From IMG/VR virus record IMGVR_UViG_3300009702_000024: 20,000 nt of DNA; one strand, written 5' to 3'. This DNA is from an uncultured virus (IMG/VR IMGVR_UViG_3300009702_000024). Its lineage: Duplodnaviria; Heunggongvirae; Uroviricota; Caudoviricetes. Positions 16,903-20,000 of the stretch are shown here, piece by piece. The translations under genes were made by a program, and so were the position numbers. A model generated the notes under the pieces. The model saw nothing but the letters and a program-made list of their open reading frames with translations. It did no database searches and was not told the DNA's origin. Each line of letters begins with the position of its first letter. Positions within the stretch are counted from its first letter, which is position 1.

Positions 16903-17095
16903 TTTTTTTTTCGTCTTGGTACGAATTACCTTCACACCGCTTCACGGACGATATAATACGAGTTTCAAACCCGCTATGTCGTTTTACTCTATTGTACTAA
17001 AAAAATCACTTCAGCAAAACGGTAGCAGAATTGTGGTAAAAGTGGACGAATACCACCGAAAGATTTATTAATTTACTGCTTCATTACAATGTAGC

Positions 17096-17440
17096 ATGGT
17101 AGAACACAACACTAATACTGCGAAGAAAAGATATGACAGCAGACGGATAAATATCGAGTTGAATGCTGAGTTGAAGAATGTCAGAGAGTTGCAGAGAAAG
17201 ATCGAAATGCCACGTATAGGGGGATCTGCAACGAATTATTTCATGTAAGAGATTGTGAATGAAAGAGAGGAGGAGAGCAAAACTGTATCTCTGTTCAATC
17301 AACTGGGGATGTCTGGCGATGATGAAAAACTGCTTGTAAGCAGAGTTGACGGGTCTATCCGCCCTTACACTGAGATAGTTGCTATGTGGGACGACATGTT
17401 CACATCTACTTGGATGAAGCTTGAGTTGCCTACGACATAA
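17096..17440 (+). pseudogene. ~114-codon reading frame interrupted by one in-frame TAA (17246-17248)
   Basis: MVEHNTNTAKKRYDSRRINIELNAELKNVRELQRKIEMPRIGGSATNYFM*EIVNEREEESKTVSLF...LELPTT*; BRE-TATA AAAGATTTATTAA at ~17058-17071. Confidence 0.55.
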
Positions 17441-17800
17441 TTCTGCATTCTAAAATTTAAAATTCCGAGCTGCTAAGTTCCTCTAAATCTGGGAGTGTGT
17501 GGCTTTTTTGTTATCGTTTGAACAAGTTCCACGACAACAAGAAAGGTGTGTTCTGTGCGTTTGAATGGATCGGCATGAGTATTTGGTCATCTCGAAATAA
17601 TCGTGTAAAATTTCGGTGTCTGTGTGGCTGTGTGAGCATTCATGTACTACAGCAAGACAGCAGAACCGGAGAAAAAAACAGTGTAGTGAGAAAACAATGC
17701 ACACACCTACAGAACAAGGGCAGATAATACCAAAGTGAACGACATAAAACACCACTCCACAGACTTCAGAAGTGCATCTAACAACGAAGAGAGAGGACGA

Positions 17801-17870
17801 TATGACACGATATAGCACGGTATAATACGACATAACACGGTATAATACGGTATAATACGGTATAATACGG
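17801..17870 (+). repeat. Tandem array of seven 10-bp units, consensus TATAAYACGR
   Basis: tatgacacga, tatagcacgg, tataatacga, cataacacgg, tataatacgg x3; followed by ACGG-TACT-CCGT and a C7 run (17879-17885). Confidence 0.95.
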
Positions 17871-17959
17871 TACTCCGTCCCCCCCATTTATACCCCAGAT
17901 ATGTCATAGAATGGCATGTGCGGAAAATGAATATATGTAGTGTTCTACTATAGGGTAGT

Positions 17960-17974
17960 AAAGTATATATAATC
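17960..17974 (+). promoter_or_regulatory. BRE-TATA promoter AAAGTATATATAATC (copy 1)
   Basis: Identical 15-mer at 18200-18214; precedes ATG 17994. Confidence 0.75.
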
Positions 17975-17993
17975 CCTAATTCCTATACTATCT

Positions 17994-18176
17994 ATGAGAT
18001 CAAAAATAGGGAGTGAACACATAAGAATTATTTTGTGCGCTCACGGAAGAAAAAACTATTCTGAAAATCGTATGTCACAACTGGAAATTATGTCCAGTGA
18101 ATATTACTTTCAATGCGTTGACTGTGGTTTTCAAACGAAAGATGACGACACTATGATAGATCACTGCTTAAATTAA
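17994..18176 (+). CDS. Small C2H2-like zinc-finger protein
   Basis: YFQCVDCGFQTKDDDTMIDHC; start uncertain. Confidence 0.55.
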   Translation: MRSKIGSEHIRIILCAHGRKNYSENRMSQLEIMSSEYYFQCVDCGFQTKDDDTMIDHCLN

Positions 18177-18199
18177 GTGTTAATTTACTGCTAAGAGAC

Positions 18200-18214
18200 A
18201 AAGTATATATAATC
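18200..18214 (+). promoter_or_regulatory. BRE-TATA promoter AAAGTATATATAATC (copy 2)
   Basis: Identical to 17960-17974; precedes ATG 18228. Confidence 0.75.
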
Positions 18215-18227
18215 TGCAATTTCTGTA

Positions 18228-18497
18228 ATGTCTATGACAGAACTAATTTGTCAACAGACTGGAAAGGAGACATCTGTGAAGGTGTTGAGAGTCCATATCT
18301 TTGAGCATATGGTCAGAGATATGGATAAATTGAACATTGAGAATTTTATGAAACTCGAAACTGATAATACAGTTTTGAATTCAAAGTATGACACAAGTGC
18401 ATTTATCTGCTTAGAGTGTGGTTATACCGCATATTTTGGCGGAGTAATGCAGTTACATTTTCAAAAGTTACCAGAATTAACAGAAGAAGACGAGTAA
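18228..18497 (+). CDS. Small C2H2-like zinc-finger protein
   Basis: FICLECGYTAYFGGVMQLHF. Confidence 0.65.
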   Translation: MSMTELICQQTGKETSVKVLRVHIFEHMVRDMDKLNIENFMKLETDNTVLNSKYDTSAFICLECGYTAYFGGVMQLHFQKLPELTEEDE

Positions 18498-18740
18498 ACC
18501 TAATATTTTACATTTTACGCTATAAAATACCACAATTTTCCATTCATGGGAATAAAAGTAGGGTACTTTGAAGCAGAAGCTTTCAAAGCACGTTCTATTG
18601 TCGTTTAGGATATTAGAATTTTTTGGAGTCGAAATTTTAGAATTTTTGCGTGGAACAATATCACAACGTAGAAAGATATATATACTATTTCCACAAAGTA
18701 GTAATTGAAGCAAATCTTAAATTTGCTAGGAGTTATCAAA

Positions 18741-19919
18741 ATGAAATTCAATTTCGATACGATAAAAATGAGTTCTTCTCAATATGGGAAGGATTTTAAC
18801 AAGCAATTGCAAAATCTGGAATTGTTTGAAGAGAACATTAGCTCAGTTTCTCAGCCATTAAGTGAAACTTTGATCCAACAAGGAGTAGAGAACTATACAG
18901 TCTCTTTCTATGATCGAGACTACAAGTTATCAAGAAAAGCTATTTCAGACCTTCTTTCAAAGTCTGAGAAGAAAATATCTATCAAGTCATTTGACGAGAT
19001 AGAAGCTTTAAAAGACAATAGAGGATTAAAACTTGGTACTTTCATTCTGAATAGAGCTGCTGAAAAGACTTTTCGAATAAAGCAGAAATTCGCTCTTTAC
19101 AATGGAGAAGTTAAAGCAATTTTGAATGAGCACTTTCCAATAGAGGAAGGACTAAAGATAAATCGATTAGCTGAAAATTTAACTGATTTACTTGTCTCTT
19201 CTGGTAAAGACTATGTAAGTGATATAAGCTTCAATGAGAATACGGGTAATGTGTCTTTTGATATAATGTCGAATATCACGGAACTTGATATTGAAAATGT
19301 GAAGGTAAATGAAGAGGTAGCTTTCGGATTTAGTTTTCGAAATAATTATTACGGATCTAGAAGATTTTCGATGATAAGTTCAACCTTAAATTTGGCTTGC
19401 AGCAATGGAATGCTTAGTTCTAAAGCAATTGACAATCTCGATATTGTTCATTCTTCACGTTCCAATTTTGCGTTCAAAATTGGTGATTGGATGTATAGGA
19501 ACGTAAATTACCTTAATCTTCCAAATACTGAAAGGTCTATTCTTCAGTGGCTTAGAGCCGGTAGGTGGATCTCAAGCGATTATTCAGAAAGATTTTACAA
19601 TCTCTTTTCAAGTGTCATTCTTGACACTATGGAGAGACAAAAGAATGATAAAATAGAATTGATAAAGGCAGCATCAGCCAGATCTATCAGCGATTTATCT
19701 AAAGAGCTTGATAAGCTTCAGAAGCAATTTAAACTACCAAGATCTATTGTGTTTTCGATCGAGAACGTATATTATACAGATGATACGATAGATCAAAATA
19801 GCAAAAATGATTATTATCTTTCAATGGCTATTTCTCGTTATGCTAACGAACCATCTTTATCCTTCGAAAGAAAAGAAGAGTTACAAACAATTGCAAATCA
19901 AATATTAGTTCGAGTTTAA
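18741..19919 (+). CDS. DUF932-like protein (phage/plasmid family)
   Basis: FGFSFRNNYYGSRRFSMISSTLNLACSNGML...IVHS matches the N..G...h...hhC.NG....H pattern of DUF932. Promoter AAAGATATATATA at ~18672-18684; the AGGAG SD favours ATG 18741 over the track's TTG 18705. Confidence 0.7.
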   Translation: MKFNFDTIKMSSSQYGKDFNKQLQNLELFEENISSVSQPLSETLIQQGVENYTVSFYDRDYKLSRKAISDLLSKSEKKISIKSFDEIEALKDNRGLKLGTFILNRAAEKTFRIKQKFALYNGEVKAILNEHFPIEEGLKINRLAENLTDLLVSSGKDYVSDISFNENTGNVSFDIMSNITELDIENVKVNEEVAFGFSFRNNYYGSRRFSMISSTLNLACSNGMLSSKAIDNLDIVHSSRSNFAFKIGDWMYRNVNYLNLPNTERSILQWLRAGRWISSDYSERFYNLFSSVILDTMERQKNDKIELIKAASARSISDLSKELDKLQKQFKLPRSIVFSIENVYYTDDTIDQNSKNDYYLSMAISRYANEPSLSFERKEELQTIANQILVRV

Positions 19920-20000
19920 AAGTTTAAAATTATTCTACAAATATTCTAATTATTATTTTATTCGTTTTACCCACAAAGTAGGGTATTTTTTTCTTCATGA

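Noticed and set aside
17246..17248. Stop-codon reassignment (alternative genetic code)
   Set aside because: Only one in-frame stop case was found. Long genes translate cleanly in the standard code, and TAA, TAG and TGA all serve as terminators.
17801..17870. Tandem array as a CRISPR array or as stacked bacterial -10 boxes (TATAAT)
   Set aside because: Units are 10 bp with no spacers and no cas genes nearby. There is no -35 element, and the other promoters are archaeal-type.
17483..17907. ORFs 17483-17887(-), 17497-17727(+) and 17707-17907(-)
   Set aside because: They are low-complexity translations of the repeat or Cys-rich atypical sequence with no SD or promoter support; probably non-coding.
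16454..17990. tRNA or other known structured RNA in the non-coding region
   Set aside because: I could not find a cloverleaf or T-loop GTTCRA signature in a suitable context by eye; tRNAscan-SE/Infernal would be needed to exclude it fully.

Overview
AT-rich, gene-dense segment that looks like part of an archaeal virus or other large archaeal mobile element, not a cellular chromosome. The signs are BRE/TATA promoters about 20-30 nt before start codons, GGTGA/GGAGGT Shine-Dalgarno sites, no housekeeping genes and many small orphan and Zn-finger ORFs. The left end holds a replication/recombination module. It contains a minus-strand gene missing from the ORF track (ATG at 1231, running off the window) that fuses an archaeo-eukaryotic primase catalytic domain to a PriL-like C-terminal domain. 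Divergent from it are a possible OB-fold protein and a RecA/Sak4-like ATPase with a degenerate Walker A. The middle carries three DNA-modification enzymes and no recognisable restriction enzyme: a Mom-family GNAT enzyme, an MvaI-like alpha-class m4C methyltransferase, and a BglII/BstYI-like beta-class methyltransferase built as an internally duplicated pseudo-dimer. It also has an HNH endonuclease, a pair of terminase-ATPase-like paralogs, an SprT-like protease and two diverged 291-aa paralogs. The right end has a ~1.5 kb mostly non-coding region (perfect 13-bp hairpin, stop-interrupted gene, 7x10-bp tandem array), then Zn-finger genes and a DUF932-like gene under near-identical promoters. By manual scan, CAGG/CCTG and GGCC are absent from the whole window. 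All family assignments come from motif recognition by eye; no database search was run.
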